Source: Candidatus Bathyarchaeota archaeon
Lineage (GTDB): Archaea; Thermoproteota; Bathyarchaeia; Bathyarchaeales; Bathycorpusculaceae
Length of the DNA stretch: 64,000 bases
NCBI GenBank assembly: GCA_963815095.1
Contig: CAWFFH010000003.1
Coordinates: forward strand, 1,120,001-1,184,000
Direction: 5' to 3'
Shown here in pieces: positions 40,628 to 50,582 of this stretch. The notes beneath the pieces were generated by a model, which ran no database searches, had not been told where the DNA came from, and saw nothing but the letters and a program-made list of their open reading frames with translations. Numbering within the stretch: position 1 is the stretch's first letter; every line of letters starts with the position of its first letter. The position numbers and the translations under genes were made by a program.

Positions 40628-40999
40628 ATGTTTAAGGCAAACTCACAAAAAGAGGTTTCAACAAAACTTATGAAAGGACTACTGGACATGATAATTCTGC
40701 AATTCCTAAGCAATGAGCCCATGCACGGCTACCAAGTAATCACCAAAATCCGCAAAAACTACGGCGTATACTTCGGACCCAGCACCATATACCCGCTTCT
40801 AGGCACCCTTGAAAAGAAAGGGTTCGTAGACAGCAAATGGAACATGAATTTTGAGCGCCCAAGAAAAGTCTACAGCTTAACAAACGATGGACAAAGCATG
40901 TTGAACTTCACTGAAGACTCATTAAATTTAATTTGCAGAAAAATAGCAGCCCCCAATCCAGAGATTACACATCCAACAATGGGCGTTATACCCACTTGA
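40628..40999 (+). CDS. PadR family transcriptional regulator
   Basis: PMHGYQ, STIYPLL..LE..G, RPRKVYSLT..G. Confidence 0.92.
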   Translation: MFKANSQKEVSTKLMKGLLDMIILQFLSNEPMHGYQVITKIRKNYGVYFGPSTIYPLLGTLEKKGFVDSKWNMNFERPRKVYSLTNDGQSMLNFTEDSLNLICRKIAAPNPEITHPTMGVIPT

Positions 41000-41152
41000 G
41001 TCTGAAACAATAACAATTATTGCAGCTTGATAAATAAAATTAAGTAATAGGGATTTCGCGGGCCTCAAGTTTTTTGAAGAGGCGAAAAAAGATTCTCGAA
41101 TATGGCATAATGCAACCTGCAATCAACTGAATTTACGTAAGTAGCTTGTACT

Positions 41153-41374
41153 TTAGTTAGTTGGTTGGGCTTTTATCGTCTGCTCTTCTTTAGGAATTAT
41201 CATTAGCTCAATTTCTTTTTGCTTTAGGCGTGTTTTGTTGGTTGGTTTTTGTTTTTGCCCTGATTCTCCTATATGACTGAGGGTCCAGCCGACTAGGAAT
41301 ATAGGGGCTAAAATGGGGAGTAGTAGAATTCGTTTTAGTTTGCTGCGTTTTTTTGTTTGAATTGGTTTTGTCAA
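41153..41374 (-). CDS. Small membrane-associated hypothetical protein
   Basis: Basic N-terminus, ILLLPILAPIFLVGW; TATA-like CTTATATA upstream on minus strand. Confidence 0.55.
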   Translation of the reverse strand: MTKPIQTKKRSKLKRILLLPILAPIFLVGWTLSHIGESGQKQKPTNKTRLKQKEIELMIIPKEEQTIKAQPTN

Positions 41375-41519
41375 TTCGATTTCAGCAATATTCTTGTTAC
41401 TTAATTCTTAATATATAAGTTTTATTTATCAGAGATAACTAGCAACCTGTCGAACGTAGACTTTTTTTGTCTTAAAAAAAATGAAAAAATAAGTTTAGGA
41501 TAAATTTACTTTATTTTTA

Positions 41520-41810
41520 CTAAGGGGTAGTTGATGTTTTTTCGTCGATGGGTTCAGTTGTGATTTCCTCGATAGGTTTTGGTGCGGGCGTTGTTGCCAT
41601 CGTATAGCCGATCCATGCGCCGATACCTAAAATCGCGATGAATGCTACAGCGACTGGCAAAGCAATTATCCAGAAACGAACATTCGCAGCAGATCCTATA
41701 TTGATCATTGATTGAATGTTAGGATAAAAGAACAACAAAACCACATACACTAAAGCAACAATAACACAGACAGCCGCAATTACCGAGCCAATAACTTGAT
41801 CTTTACTCAT
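41520..41810 (-). CDS. Two-TM membrane protein resembling DPM2
   Basis: DQVIG...; WIIALPVAVAF..IGAWIGYTMATTP; SD GGTGGTGA. Confidence 0.75.
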   Translation of the reverse strand: MSKDQVIGSVIAAVCVIVALVYVVLLFFYPNIQSMINIGSAANVRFWIIALPVAVAFIAILGIGAWIGYTMATTPAPKPIEEITTEPIDEKTSTTP

Positions 41811-42177
41811 TATTTTTCACCACCCTAAACCAAAATAATATACCCATTACTGGATAGATACTTGCATATTAACCATATTCTATTTTTTGATAGAAGTGGA
41901 ATTATCGCTGTTTTTATGCCGAACCACAACAACAATTATAACAGGTTTTGTTCAAAGCAAATTTCTGGGTGGCGACGTTTATCTTTCAAAGGCACCTAAA
42001 ACACCCTCCGTTCTTGTCTTAATAGACAAACGTGACATTTGTAAACGAAATCCAAAAATCGAGAATCTTATTCAACTTTTATACTTTTTGACTTCAGATG
42101 GGAATCTCATTTTCAAGCATTCAGGAAGATTTCTATATTGGAAAATATTGATAGATAGAATGTTAAGGAGGTTTCTT

Positions 42178-42744
42178 ATGAAAAATTCTTTGGGTGCGAA
42201 GACTATTGTTCCCACGACGCCAGTCTGGGTTGTGGGAACTTATGATTCAGAGGGAAAACCAAATGTTATGACTGCTGCTTGGGGAGGAATTTGTTGTTCT
42301 CAGCCGCCATGTATCTATGTGTCTCTGAGAAAAGCCACGTATACCTACGGCAATATTGTGGAGCGGAAAGCGTTTACAGTGAGTATTCCACCCGAAGCTA
42401 ATGCTAAGGAGGCTGATTATTTTGGAATCACTTCAGGGAAAACTGTAGATAAATTCAAGGCCACAGGGCTCACTCCCGTGAAAAGTGATCTTGTTGATGC
42501 ACCCTACGTGAAAGAATTTCCTTTGATTTTAGAGTGTAAAGTTATTAAAATAGTTGAAATTGGGCTACACACAGAGTTCATAGGTGAAATTATGGATGTC
42601 AAAACTGATTCTGATGTGCTCAACGAAAAAAACCTTCCAGACATTGAAAAGATTAAACCGATCATATGGAATCCTGCAGAAATTACTTACAACAAAGTTG
42701 GGAAACCAATAGGAAAAGCTTTCTCAATTGGAAAAGAGGTATGA
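42178..42744 (+). CDS. Flavin reductase-like (flavoredoxin) protein
   Basis: [25 protein letters not shown]; SD AGGAGG before ATG 42178. Confidence 0.9.
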   Translation: MKNSLGAKTIVPTTPVWVVGTYDSEGKPNVMTAAWGGICCSQPPCIYVSLRKATYTYGNIVERKAFTVSIPPEANAKEADYFGITSGKTVDKFKATGLTPVKSDLVDAPYVKEFPLILECKVIKIVEIGLHTEFIGEIMDVKTDSDVLNEKNLPDIEKIKPIIWNPAEITYNKVGKPIGKAFSIGKEV

Positions 42745-42766
42745 AAGCAAGAAAATAATCTCTTTA

Positions 42767-43378
42767 TCATAATTTCTGAGCCACAAACGCATTCCAAGGT
42801 GATTCGGTCTTGGTAAATATTTGAACTCCCACAAATCCAACCGATTGCATAACATTTCGAATCTCTTCTAGAGGAATAAGGCACACATGGGTTTCTGCAA
42901 TTAGTTTTGCGTATTTAACCTCGAACACTCCGTCTTGGACCATTTCATTCACCAGCAAAAGTTTTCCACCCGGCTTTAATACCCGTTTTATTTCCGCTAA
43001 GGCTTCACGGAAATTGGGCCAAAAATAGTAGGTTTCGCAAGCGGTCACCAAATTGAAATAATCATTGGGAAAGCCCATTTTCATAACTGACCCTTGAATT
43101 ATCTGCACCCGGTTTTGGTCAATTAGTTCCTTATTCATTTTTTTGGAGTAGTTTACCATGTCCTCTGAATGGTCAATGCCGAAGACTTTCCCTTTGGGCG
43201 CCAACTGAGCTAACGTGTTGATTGTTTTGCCGCCTCCACAGCCTACATCCAAAATTACATCTCCAGATGTGATTTTTACTTTTGTCAATCCCCACATGGT
43301 TAGAGGTTCATGATTTTGGTTCATTTGTTCAGCAATTATTCTACCATTGCGACCTCGTGGGCATTGATATTGATCCAT
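42767..43378 (-). CDS. Class I SAM-dependent methyltransferase
   Basis: LDVGCGGG, GIDHS, ETYYFW, RVLKPGG. Confidence 0.88.
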   Translation of the reverse strand: MDQYQCPRGRNGRIIAEQMNQNHEPLTMWGLTKVKITSGDVILDVGCGGGKTINTLAQLAPKGKVFGIDHSEDMVNYSKKMNKELIDQNRVQIIQGSVMKMGFPNDYFNLVTACETYYFWPNFREALAEIKRVLKPGGKLLLVNEMVQDGVFEVKYAKLIAETHVCLIPLEEIRNVMQSVGFVGVQIFTKTESPWNAFVAQKL

Positions 43379-43608
43379 TAATCCCAAAAAATATCCTCTA
43401 AACATAGACGTTGAATAGAACCCTAATAAATCATACCCATAGGTCTTAGACAAGCAAATATTGTTAACTCCTTTTTCCACAATCCCACGATAATCCCAAA
43501 AAATCATTTTTGAATGCCCATCCTTTCTAAAAAAACTCGAAAAAAATGAAGCAAAGGCAACGTTAGTTATGAAAAATTTTTATGCAGAACAACCACCTTG
43601 TAGGTATC

Positions 43609-44685
43609 ATGGCAAAGTTCCTCTCAAAAGGCGAGCTCTACAAAGCGATAAATCAGAAATCTAGCGAAACAAGGAGGATGCTGTGGGCATGTTCATCCAC
43701 GCTTGGAATGGGGGCTCACCGAGTTTTCTCCCAAGACATCTTGAAGAATTCTCCTTTAGATGTTCGGTTTGTGTTCCCCCTAACCGAAGCGACAGTTAAG
43801 GAAGGAGAGATTTCTCCCCACGAAATACAGTTCCTCCAAGAACACTTAGATGGGAGCGCTGTAAAAACCCAAAGCAGTTTGAATGCAAACCTCTACATTT
43901 TTGATGATTCAGCATTCGTGACCTCAGTAGGTTTAACTGAAGCTTCCTTTGACAGCGAAACAGCGGCGGGAGTTATGCTCACGGAGCCCGAAGAGATCGA
44001 CCAAATCAAAGCATTCTTCAACCAAATCATCTGGCAAAACGCCAAATCCACAGGTGACTTGAAAAAATTCAAGAAAACCTACAACACAGCCCAAAAAAAC
44101 AACCCCACAAAAACTAAGAGATTCACCGGAAGCCAAGATTGGCCCGATACCAGTTTCCAGAAATGGTACATTGGCGTCCTTCGCAAGTTGCCCCGAAAAG
44201 TGGAGGGTAAGGTTAAGGTTGAGAGGTCTTGGTCCACTAAACTCTTGTTGGCTGGAGATGTGGGCTACAAGGCTTTTAAGCAAATTAAACTCGGGGACAT
44301 AGCTTATCTGTTTAATGTTTTCAAGAAGGTTGGCAGCGTCGAAGTCCAGTTGGTTCGTGTCCAAGACAAGGATAAAGTGGAAACGGATGAGGGCGACTTT
44401 CACCTTCTCTGCCAAGTAGAGAAAAACTATTTGCTTCCAAGAGAACAACTCCAAAATCTTCTAAACGCTATGGGCATGCACTCAAGAAACTCCGAGGTGC
44501 CCCTCAACGACCAACAACTGACGCAGCTAACCCAGGCACTCGCATCGATCAAAACGAAAAGAAAAACGAAAAAACTCAAAAACAAAACAGCTCCAAACCC
44601 CACACAAAAACAATCAACGACTACAACTAAAAAAACCAAAAAACGCAAACGTAAAACAAAACAATCCAAAAAACAAACACCATAA
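43609..44685 (+). CDS. PLD-like nuclease-fold protein with degenerate HKD motif and Lys-rich tail
   Basis: LNANLYIFDDSAFVTSVGLT versus canonical LHAKxYxxD...TSANLT. Confidence 0.65.
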   Translation: MAKFLSKGELYKAINQKSSETRRMLWACSSTLGMGAHRVFSQDILKNSPLDVRFVFPLTEATVKEGEISPHEIQFLQEHLDGSAVKTQSSLNANLYIFDDSAFVTSVGLTEASFDSETAAGVMLTEPEEIDQIKAFFNQIIWQNAKSTGDLKKFKKTYNTAQKNNPTKTKRFTGSQDWPDTSFQKWYIGVLRKLPRKVEGKVKVERSWSTKLLLAGDVGYKAFKQIKLGDIAYLFNVFKKVGSVEVQLVRVQDKDKVETDEGDFHLLCQVEKNYLLPREQLQNLLNAMGMHSRNSEVPLNDQQLTQLTQALASIKTKRKTKKLKNKTAPNPTQKQSTTTTKKTKKRKRKTKQSKKQTP

Positions 44686-44800
44686 CACAAAACACCCATA
44701 ACAATAACCAAACAAAAACAACAAACCAACTGTTGCATAGACAAAGTTTTTATGCGCGTTTGAAACTTAAGTTCGACGTTAAGACAAAGGATGATTCAAG

Positions 44801-45640
44801 ATGGCCCTACAAAAAGGAGACTTCATTCTAATCGATTATGTAGCGAAAGTTAAGGAAACGAACGAAGTTTTCGATACAACAAAAGAAGATGTTGCTAAAA
44901 AAGAGCATCTTCACAAAGAAGGACAAATCCACGAACCTGAACTTGTAGTTGTTGGCGAAGGCTGGGTTCTAAAAGCCCTAGATGACGCATTAACTACCAT
45001 GGAAGTTTGTAAGCCTTGCACGGTTGAAATTTCACCTGAGAAAGGCTTTGGACAAAGAGATCCAGAAAAAATCAAACGGGTCCCAATCAAACAACTCTAC
45101 TCAAAAGAAATCAACCCAGTTGTCGGTGCACGCATCGAATTCCAAGGCAAAAACGCCACAATCCGCTCCGTCGGTGCAGGCAGAGTTCTACTTGACTTCA
45201 ACGCACCCCTCGCAGGAAGAACCCTCATCTACGACGTGACAGTAACATGTAAATTAGACCAAAAAGAACAGAAAATCGGCGCTATAATTCACCGCAGAGT
45301 TCCAGTGGTTGATCAAGAAAAATTCAAACTAACCCTAAAAGGCACTGACTTAACCATTGATATGCCTGAAGACACATTCTACGTTGAAGGCATTCAAATT
45401 GCTAAACGCGGCATTGCCATGGATATACAAAAATTCGTCCCTGACCTATGCGAGACAAAGTTCGTTGAAACCTTCAAATCTGAACCAAAACCAGCCCCAA
45501 TCACCCCACCAGTAGCACCAGAAGCAGAAGCCGAAGCTAAACCAGCGCCAGAAGAAGCTAAATCTGCTCCAGAAGCTAAACTAGCCGCAGAAGACAAACC
45601 TGCCAAAGCGCCAAAAGCCGCAAAAGCAGCCAAAGCATAA
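44801..45640 (+). CDS. FKBP-type peptidyl-prolyl isomerase (long archaeal SlyD type)
   Basis: GDFILIDY, FDTT, FGQRD, DFNAPLAG. Confidence 0.92.
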   Translation: MALQKGDFILIDYVAKVKETNEVFDTTKEDVAKKEHLHKEGQIHEPELVVVGEGWVLKALDDALTTMEVCKPCTVEISPEKGFGQRDPEKIKRVPIKQLYSKEINPVVGARIEFQGKNATIRSVGAGRVLLDFNAPLAGRTLIYDVTVTCKLDQKEQKIGAIIHRRVPVVDQEKFKLTLKGTDLTIDMPEDTFYVEGIQIAKRGIAMDIQKFVPDLCETKFVETFKSEPKPAPITPPVAPEAEAEAKPAPEEAKSAPEAKLAAEDKPAKAPKAAKAAKA

Positions 45641-45810
45641 AATAAACCATAAACTTTTCTTTTAAACTTAATTTTTTATTTTTTCAATTTGATCGAAACA
45701 AATTAGGTTTATCTGTTTTCTATGGAAAATAATAAATAAATTCCCCATCTACCATAATATATTTCTCTAGTTCTTCACCAATTAATTCCCAAATAGGAGG
45801 TGGAAAAAAG

Positions 45811-46194
45811 ATGGATCACACGCTGATGCATTTTGAAATCCCAGCCAACGATGTAGAAAAACTGAAACGTTTTTATGAAGAAGTCTTCGGATGGAAAATC
45901 ACTCAAGCCTCAGGACCCATCGAGTACTGGGTAATCCAAACTGTTCCCGTTGCACCAGATGGCACCCTTATTCGCCCCGGCGTCAACGGCGGTATGTATA
46001 AAAAAGAGGTTCCAGAAAGCAAACCCGTAAACTACTTTACCGTTAAATCCATAACGGATTTTCTTGTAAAAATTGAAAAGTTAGGCGGAAAAGTTACCCA
46101 GCCCAAACAAGAAGTTCCAGAAATCGGATGGATCGCCGCGGCAGAGGACCCTGAAGGCAACCTATTTGCCCTCATTCAGCCAATTCGCCCCTAA
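45811..46194 (+). CDS. VOC/glyoxalase family protein
   Basis: HFEIPA, FYEEVFGW, DPEGN. Confidence 0.9.
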   Translation: MDHTLMHFEIPANDVEKLKRFYEEVFGWKITQASGPIEYWVIQTVPVAPDGTLIRPGVNGGMYKKEVPESKPVNYFTVKSITDFLVKIEKLGGKVTQPKQEVPEIGWIAAAEDPEGNLFALIQPIRP

Positions 46195-47249
46195 GCGATT
46201 ACTCCGGTGGCTTTGGCTGTTTTCTCGCAAGCTTCCAAATTAAGGTTTAGCTTGTGGAGGATAGTGAAACGCTCAGGCCTAATTTTCGGTGCCAGCTCTA
46301 AGGCTTTAACAACATCTGCATCTTCCACGCCCAATTCCATTGCAGTTGTGGGTGCACCGAGTTGTTTGAGGGTTTTTTTGATACCCTGCCAATTCGCCTT
46401 GTAAAGATAAGCTGCTAAAATGGCTCCGACACCGCATTGCTCACCGTGCATGGCATGATTTGATTTAACTAAATCTAACGCGTGGCTGAAAAGATGTTCT
46501 GAGCCGCTGCAGGGACGACTGCTGCCAGCTATGCTCATGGCAACTCCACAGCTAATCAACGCTTCCAACAAAACACGCAAACCTTCATCCTGCCTATTAA
46601 CCATTAAATCCGCGTTTTCAGTTACCAGTTTCGCACTCATCAACGCTAAACTAGCCGCGTAGCCACCATAATACTCGCAATTTTCCAAGTGCGCCAGTTT
46701 CCAATCTTTTACGGATGTGAACTTGGAAATTACGTCGCCGCAGCCGCTAATCATGAACCGCCACGGCGCCTGACCAATAACTTCTGTATCCGCAATTATC
46801 GCCAGCGGTGCTTGCGCCAAAATTGAGTAGGGTTTGTCGGAGCCTTTGATGGAGGCAAGGGGGCTGGAGATGCCGTCGTGGGAGACGGTGGTTGGGACGC
46901 TTATGAAGGGGATATTTTGAGTGCAAGAACTAATTTTTGCGGCATCAATTATGGTTCCGCCGCCCACACCAAAAACAATATGCGGTTTTGTGGCTAAAAT
47001 TCGATTTTCGAGGATTATCATGTCTTTTATAGTCATGCTTTTTATCTGGAGAACATCAACCTCAAGTTCCGCCTCTCCCAAAAGCCCGCAAACCCTCTCT
47101 CCAGCTAACTCATAACTCTTCGACCCACAAACCACCAACGCCCTTCCCTTAAGACCAAGCCGCCTAGCCACTTCAGGGACTCGGGTTAGGGTGCCTTTTC
47201 CAACAATGACTTCGCGGGGAAGCTGCATATAATGGTAGTTTAAAGTCAA
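46191..47249 (-). CDS. egsA: sn-glycerol-1-phosphate dehydrogenase
   Basis: GGGTIIDAAK, SHDGISSP, SRPCSGSEH, HGEQCG; start uncertain (TTG 47249 or ATG 47228). Confidence 0.93.
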   Translation of the reverse strand: MTLNYHYMQLPREVIVGKGTLTRVPEVARRLGLKGRALVVCGSKSYELAGERVCGLLGEAELEVDVLQIKSMTIKDMIILENRILATKPHIVFGVGGGTIIDAAKISSCTQNIPFISVPTTVSHDGISSPLASIKGSDKPYSILAQAPLAIIADTEVIGQAPWRFMISGCGDVISKFTSVKDWKLAHLENCEYYGGYAASLALMSAKLVTENADLMVNRQDEGLRVLLEALISCGVAMSIAGSSRPCSGSEHLFSHALDLVKSNHAMHGEQCGVGAILAAYLYKANWQGIKKTLKQLGAPTTAMELGVEDADVVKALELAPKIRPERFTILHKLNLNLEACEKTAKATGVIA

Positions 47250-47932
47250 ATCGACCACGTTAACTTGCAAACACATAACTCGATATGAATGCTTTAAAAC
47301 TTTGCGAAAAACACAACCCTTCAAACCCCAAAAACCCACCCACAAACCAAACACCCAACATACCCCACACTACACCCACACAACCCAACATACAAACCAA
47401 CATAGCAGTGCAAACCAACCCAACCCACAAACCACAACTCCAAAACCCTTAGCCGCCTATCCCTCCAACGCTTGGCCTGCTCCAAACTCTTAACATAGGT
47501 ATCTATGCGCCGATACGCAGCCCAACGCTATGCTTTTTTAAATCAAAAACTCTCCCAAACAAGCTAAAACACCTCCAAAACAGGGCAAAACACGCCAAAA
47601 AACAACAAAATAGGGAACCGAAAAAACCCCAAAAACAACCCGTTTACCAAAAACAGCCACAAACCAGCGATATCACCCACACCTAAACCCCATTTACAAC
47701 ATACATATCCATCTTAAATTGGAACAATCCGCCAAATTTTACCAAACAAAAGATAACTACACATATCAAACCATACTTTTTGTCACACACACAAAAAAAC
47801 AAAAACACTCTGCAAAAAATACAACTTAACTAAGTTTACTCAACCCAAGAAAAACAGCCAAATCTTAATCGAAACATGTCATGCTTAAATATGGATTGTT
47901 GGTTTAATGGTTTTTAAGGAGACACACAAAAC

Positions 47933-48211
47933 ATGCCCGCTATTGAAGTCGGCAGATTATGCATAAAACAGCTCGGTCGAGAAAACGGCAAAAAATGCGT
48001 CATCATTGACGTCATGGACAAAAGCTTCGTTTTGGTTACGGGACCAAAAAAAGTTACCGGAGTCAAACGCAGACGCGTAAACATAAACCACATCATGCCC
48101 CTACAAGACAAAATCGACGTCAAAAGAGGCGCCTCAGACGACGAAGTCACCCAATGTTTAGAAACTTGCGGTAAACTCGCCGAAATGACTCAACCCGTAA
48201 AAGCCGCATAA
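47933..48211 (+). CDS. rpl14e: 50S ribosomal protein eL14
   Basis: EVGRLC.K..GRE.G, VTGP, RRRVN..H. Confidence 0.95.
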   Translation: MPAIEVGRLCIKQLGRENGKKCVIIDVMDKSFVLVTGPKKVTGVKRRRVNINHIMPLQDKIDVKRGASDDEVTQCLETCGKLAEMTQPVKAA

Positions 48212-48274
48212 TTTTAAACCTTAATTACCTCAAACTTCTTTTTCTTACAACCAACCAGGAGAAAAACCCCCAGC

Positions 48275-49306
48275 ATGCCCAGAACAACCCCTCCATGGGA
48301 AACCAAACGTGAACTGTTAACCAAAGCACAAGATTCAACCGACCCAAAATACGGTTGCAAACCTTCTGAGCGTCCAGCAAAAGAATACATCCGCTACGGC
48401 ACCATAAATCTGGATAAACCTGCTGGTCCAACAAGTCACGAAGTAGCAGCCTGGGTTAAACGAATAATGCATTTAGAAGCAATTGGGCATGGAGGAACCT
48501 TGGACCCCAAAGTAACAGGCATTTTACCCATCACATTAGAAGACGCAACAAAGATGGTTCAAGCATTGCTCCACAGCGGCAAAGAATACATCTGCGTCAT
48601 GAAACTCCACGGCGACGTACGCGAAGACCAAGTTAAACGGGTTTTAGCCGAGTTTGAAGACGAAATCTTCCAACGCCCCCCACTACGCTCATCAGTAAAG
48701 CGACAGTTGAGAACTAGGCGAATTTACTATAACGAATACATGGAACTTGATGGCCGCAACGTACTCTTCAAAGTCGGATGCGAAGGCGGCACCTACATCC
48801 GCAAACTCTGCTTTGACATCGGCGAAATTCTAGGTGTCGGTGCCCACATGCAAGAACTCCGCCGAAGCCGCGCAGGACCATTCCTTGAAATCAGCGCCAA
48901 AAAAGTCACCCTACACGACGTCGCATACTGGTTTGGCGAATATGAAACCACAAAAGACCAAACACATCTTTGCAAATTCATCGAACCCATGGAAGTTGCC
49001 CTCATGCAAATCCCAAAAATCATCATACGCGACTCCGCCGTCGACGCTCTCTGTCACGGAGCCAACTTGACCGAGCCAGGTGTGCTGCAGGTTGATACGG
49101 GTATTGTGAAGGGTTCAACAGTTGCAGTTTTCACTCTCAAAGGCGAAGCAGTTGCTTTATCCAAGGCGCTTGTTTCAACTGAGGAAATCATGGAGTTAAA
49201 CCATGGCGCTGTCGCAGCTTCTTCACGCGTGTTGATGCCACGGGGCACTTACCCGAAAGTTTGGAAGACTGGTAGTGCACATGAGCAAAAATCCGAAAAG
49301 CGTTGA
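48275..49306 (+). CDS. cbf5: H/ACA RNA-guided pseudouridine synthase Cbf5
   Basis: LDKPAGPTSH, GHGGTLDPKVTG, QRPP, GTYIR, PUA domain. Confidence 0.96.
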   Translation: MPRTTPPWETKRELLTKAQDSTDPKYGCKPSERPAKEYIRYGTINLDKPAGPTSHEVAAWVKRIMHLEAIGHGGTLDPKVTGILPITLEDATKMVQALLHSGKEYICVMKLHGDVREDQVKRVLAEFEDEIFQRPPLRSSVKRQLRTRRIYYNEYMELDGRNVLFKVGCEGGTYIRKLCFDIGEILGVGAHMQELRRSRAGPFLEISAKKVTLHDVAYWFGEYETTKDQTHLCKFIEPMEVALMQIPKIIIRDSAVDALCHGANLTEPGVLQVDTGIVKGSTVAVFTLKGEAVALSKALVSTEEIMELNHGAVAASSRVLMPRGTYPKVWKTGSAHEQKSEKR

Positions 49307-49895
49307 TCACTATTTTTCTTCGGCGCCCAAGTCGCAGGAGCGCTTCGGACTTGTTCAAACCAGCCTATGTGGCAAACCCTTCGAGTTTTTGACTGCGTCG
49401 AGTGTTTTTTCGAAACGAAAAGTTGACTGCGGCACCCGATTACTTATAGAATCTATGGTTCTGCCAGAAGCGGGCTGGGTTCTTGATATTGGCTGTGGAT
49501 ACGGAGTGGCTGGAATTGCTGCAGCAAAATTCAATCCTAAACTTCACGTGGTCATGACGGATGTGAATGCAAGAGCGGTGCGGTTGGCCAAGAAGAATGT
49601 TGGGTTAAACAGAGTTTCTAATGTTGAGGTTCGGTATGGCTTTTTTTATGAGCCGGTGGAGGATTTGAGGTTCAATTGTGTTTTGTCGAATCCACCTGTA
49701 AGTGCAGGTATGGAAACGGTGAAGGCAATTGTTTCGGGTGCACCAGAAGTGATGGCGTCTGATGCTAGTTTTTTGATGGTGATTCGCTCTAAAATCGGTG
49801 CTAAACGGTTGCCTGAATTGTTTACGGAAACTTTTGGCAATTGTGAGGTTGCTGCGCGTGAGAGCGGATTTCGGGTACTCATGGGCAAACTGTAA
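49281..49895 (+). CDS. RsmC-like (MTS) methyltransferase
   Basis: HYFS, VFS...D.GT.LL, LDIGCGYG, SNPP. Confidence 0.88.
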   Translation: MSKNPKSVDHYFSSAPKSQERFGLVQTSLCGKPFEFLTASSVFSKRKVDCGTRLLIESMVLPEAGWVLDIGCGYGVAGIAAAKFNPKLHVVMTDVNARAVRLAKKNVGLNRVSNVEVRYGFFYEPVEDLRFNCVLSNPPVSAGMETVKAIVSGAPEVMASDASFLMVIRSKIGAKRLPELFTETFGNCEVAARESGFRVLMGKL

Positions 49896-50253
49896 CAGTT
49901 TTGCCTGAGCTAAAAAACAACTGATGACTCCCAAAGCTACGCATAGCCCTATTGCAGTTTTCGATATATTCTCCACTTTGCAATTCACCTTTTATTACTA
50001 AACCCGATAATTACCTTCAATGAGAAGGTTAGAAAATGGAACAAAACAAAACAGACGATTGCTGCGAAATAGGCGTGAAGGGCGCTTGTACAACCTGCGA
50101 TTTTATCACTCTCTGTAACGGCAAATGGAGCCACCCAACAAACTAAAACCAGAAACCAATCTATTCTTTCTATGTTTACTTGATGTTTTAGCCCTGTTAA
50201 ACCGCAAACTTGAAAAAGCCACCCAACCATAACAAAACAACATTACAAGGCAG

Positions 50254-50493
50254 TTGACTGAAATGAAACTAAACAAAGTCGACGAAAAAGTCTACCAAAC
50301 CCTCAAAACAGAAGGCAAAGAACTAACCCTACAGGAACTCACCGATAAAACAGGCGAACCCACAAAAAAAGTCTTCAAATCACTCAAAAAATTCTTTGAA
50401 CAAGAAATCATCGAAACCAAAGCCCGCAAATACTCACTAACGGGAAAAGATCCCAAAGCCGCCAAAGAAGAAGAGCCCGAACCAGAAATATAA
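50254..50493 (+). CDS. Small winged-HTH protein
   Basis: VYQTL...ELTLQEL..KTG....VFKSLKK.....I. Confidence 0.65.
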   Translation: MTEMKLNKVDEKVYQTLKTEGKELTLQELTDKTGEPTKKVFKSLKKFFEQEIIETKARKYSLTGKDPKAAKEEEPEPEI

Positions 50494-50505
50494 AAATTTA
50501 ATTTT

Positions 50506-50582
50506 TGGAGCCTCGAGCGGGCCTTGCTCCCGCGGCCTGCTGCTTACAAGGCAGCCGCTCTACTGGGCTGAGCTATCGAGGC
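50506..50582 (-). tRNA. tRNA-Thr(UGU), intronless, CCA encoded
   Basis: GCCTCGA/TCGAGGC acceptor, GCTC/GAGC D-stem, GCTGC-CTTGTAA-GCAGC anticodon arm, GCGGG/CCCGC T-stem. Confidence 0.88.

Noticed and set aside
41887-42177. N-terminal extensions in the ORF track for the flavin reductase (also egsA, the 42767 methyltransferase and the AIR-synthase-like gene)
   Set aside because: Internal starts with SD sites and family-typical N-termini fit better
49900-49945. CTGATGACTCC resembling the 3' end of a fluoride riboswitch
   Set aside because: The 5' GGCGATGGxGTTCGCC half is absent and no fluoride-resistance gene follows
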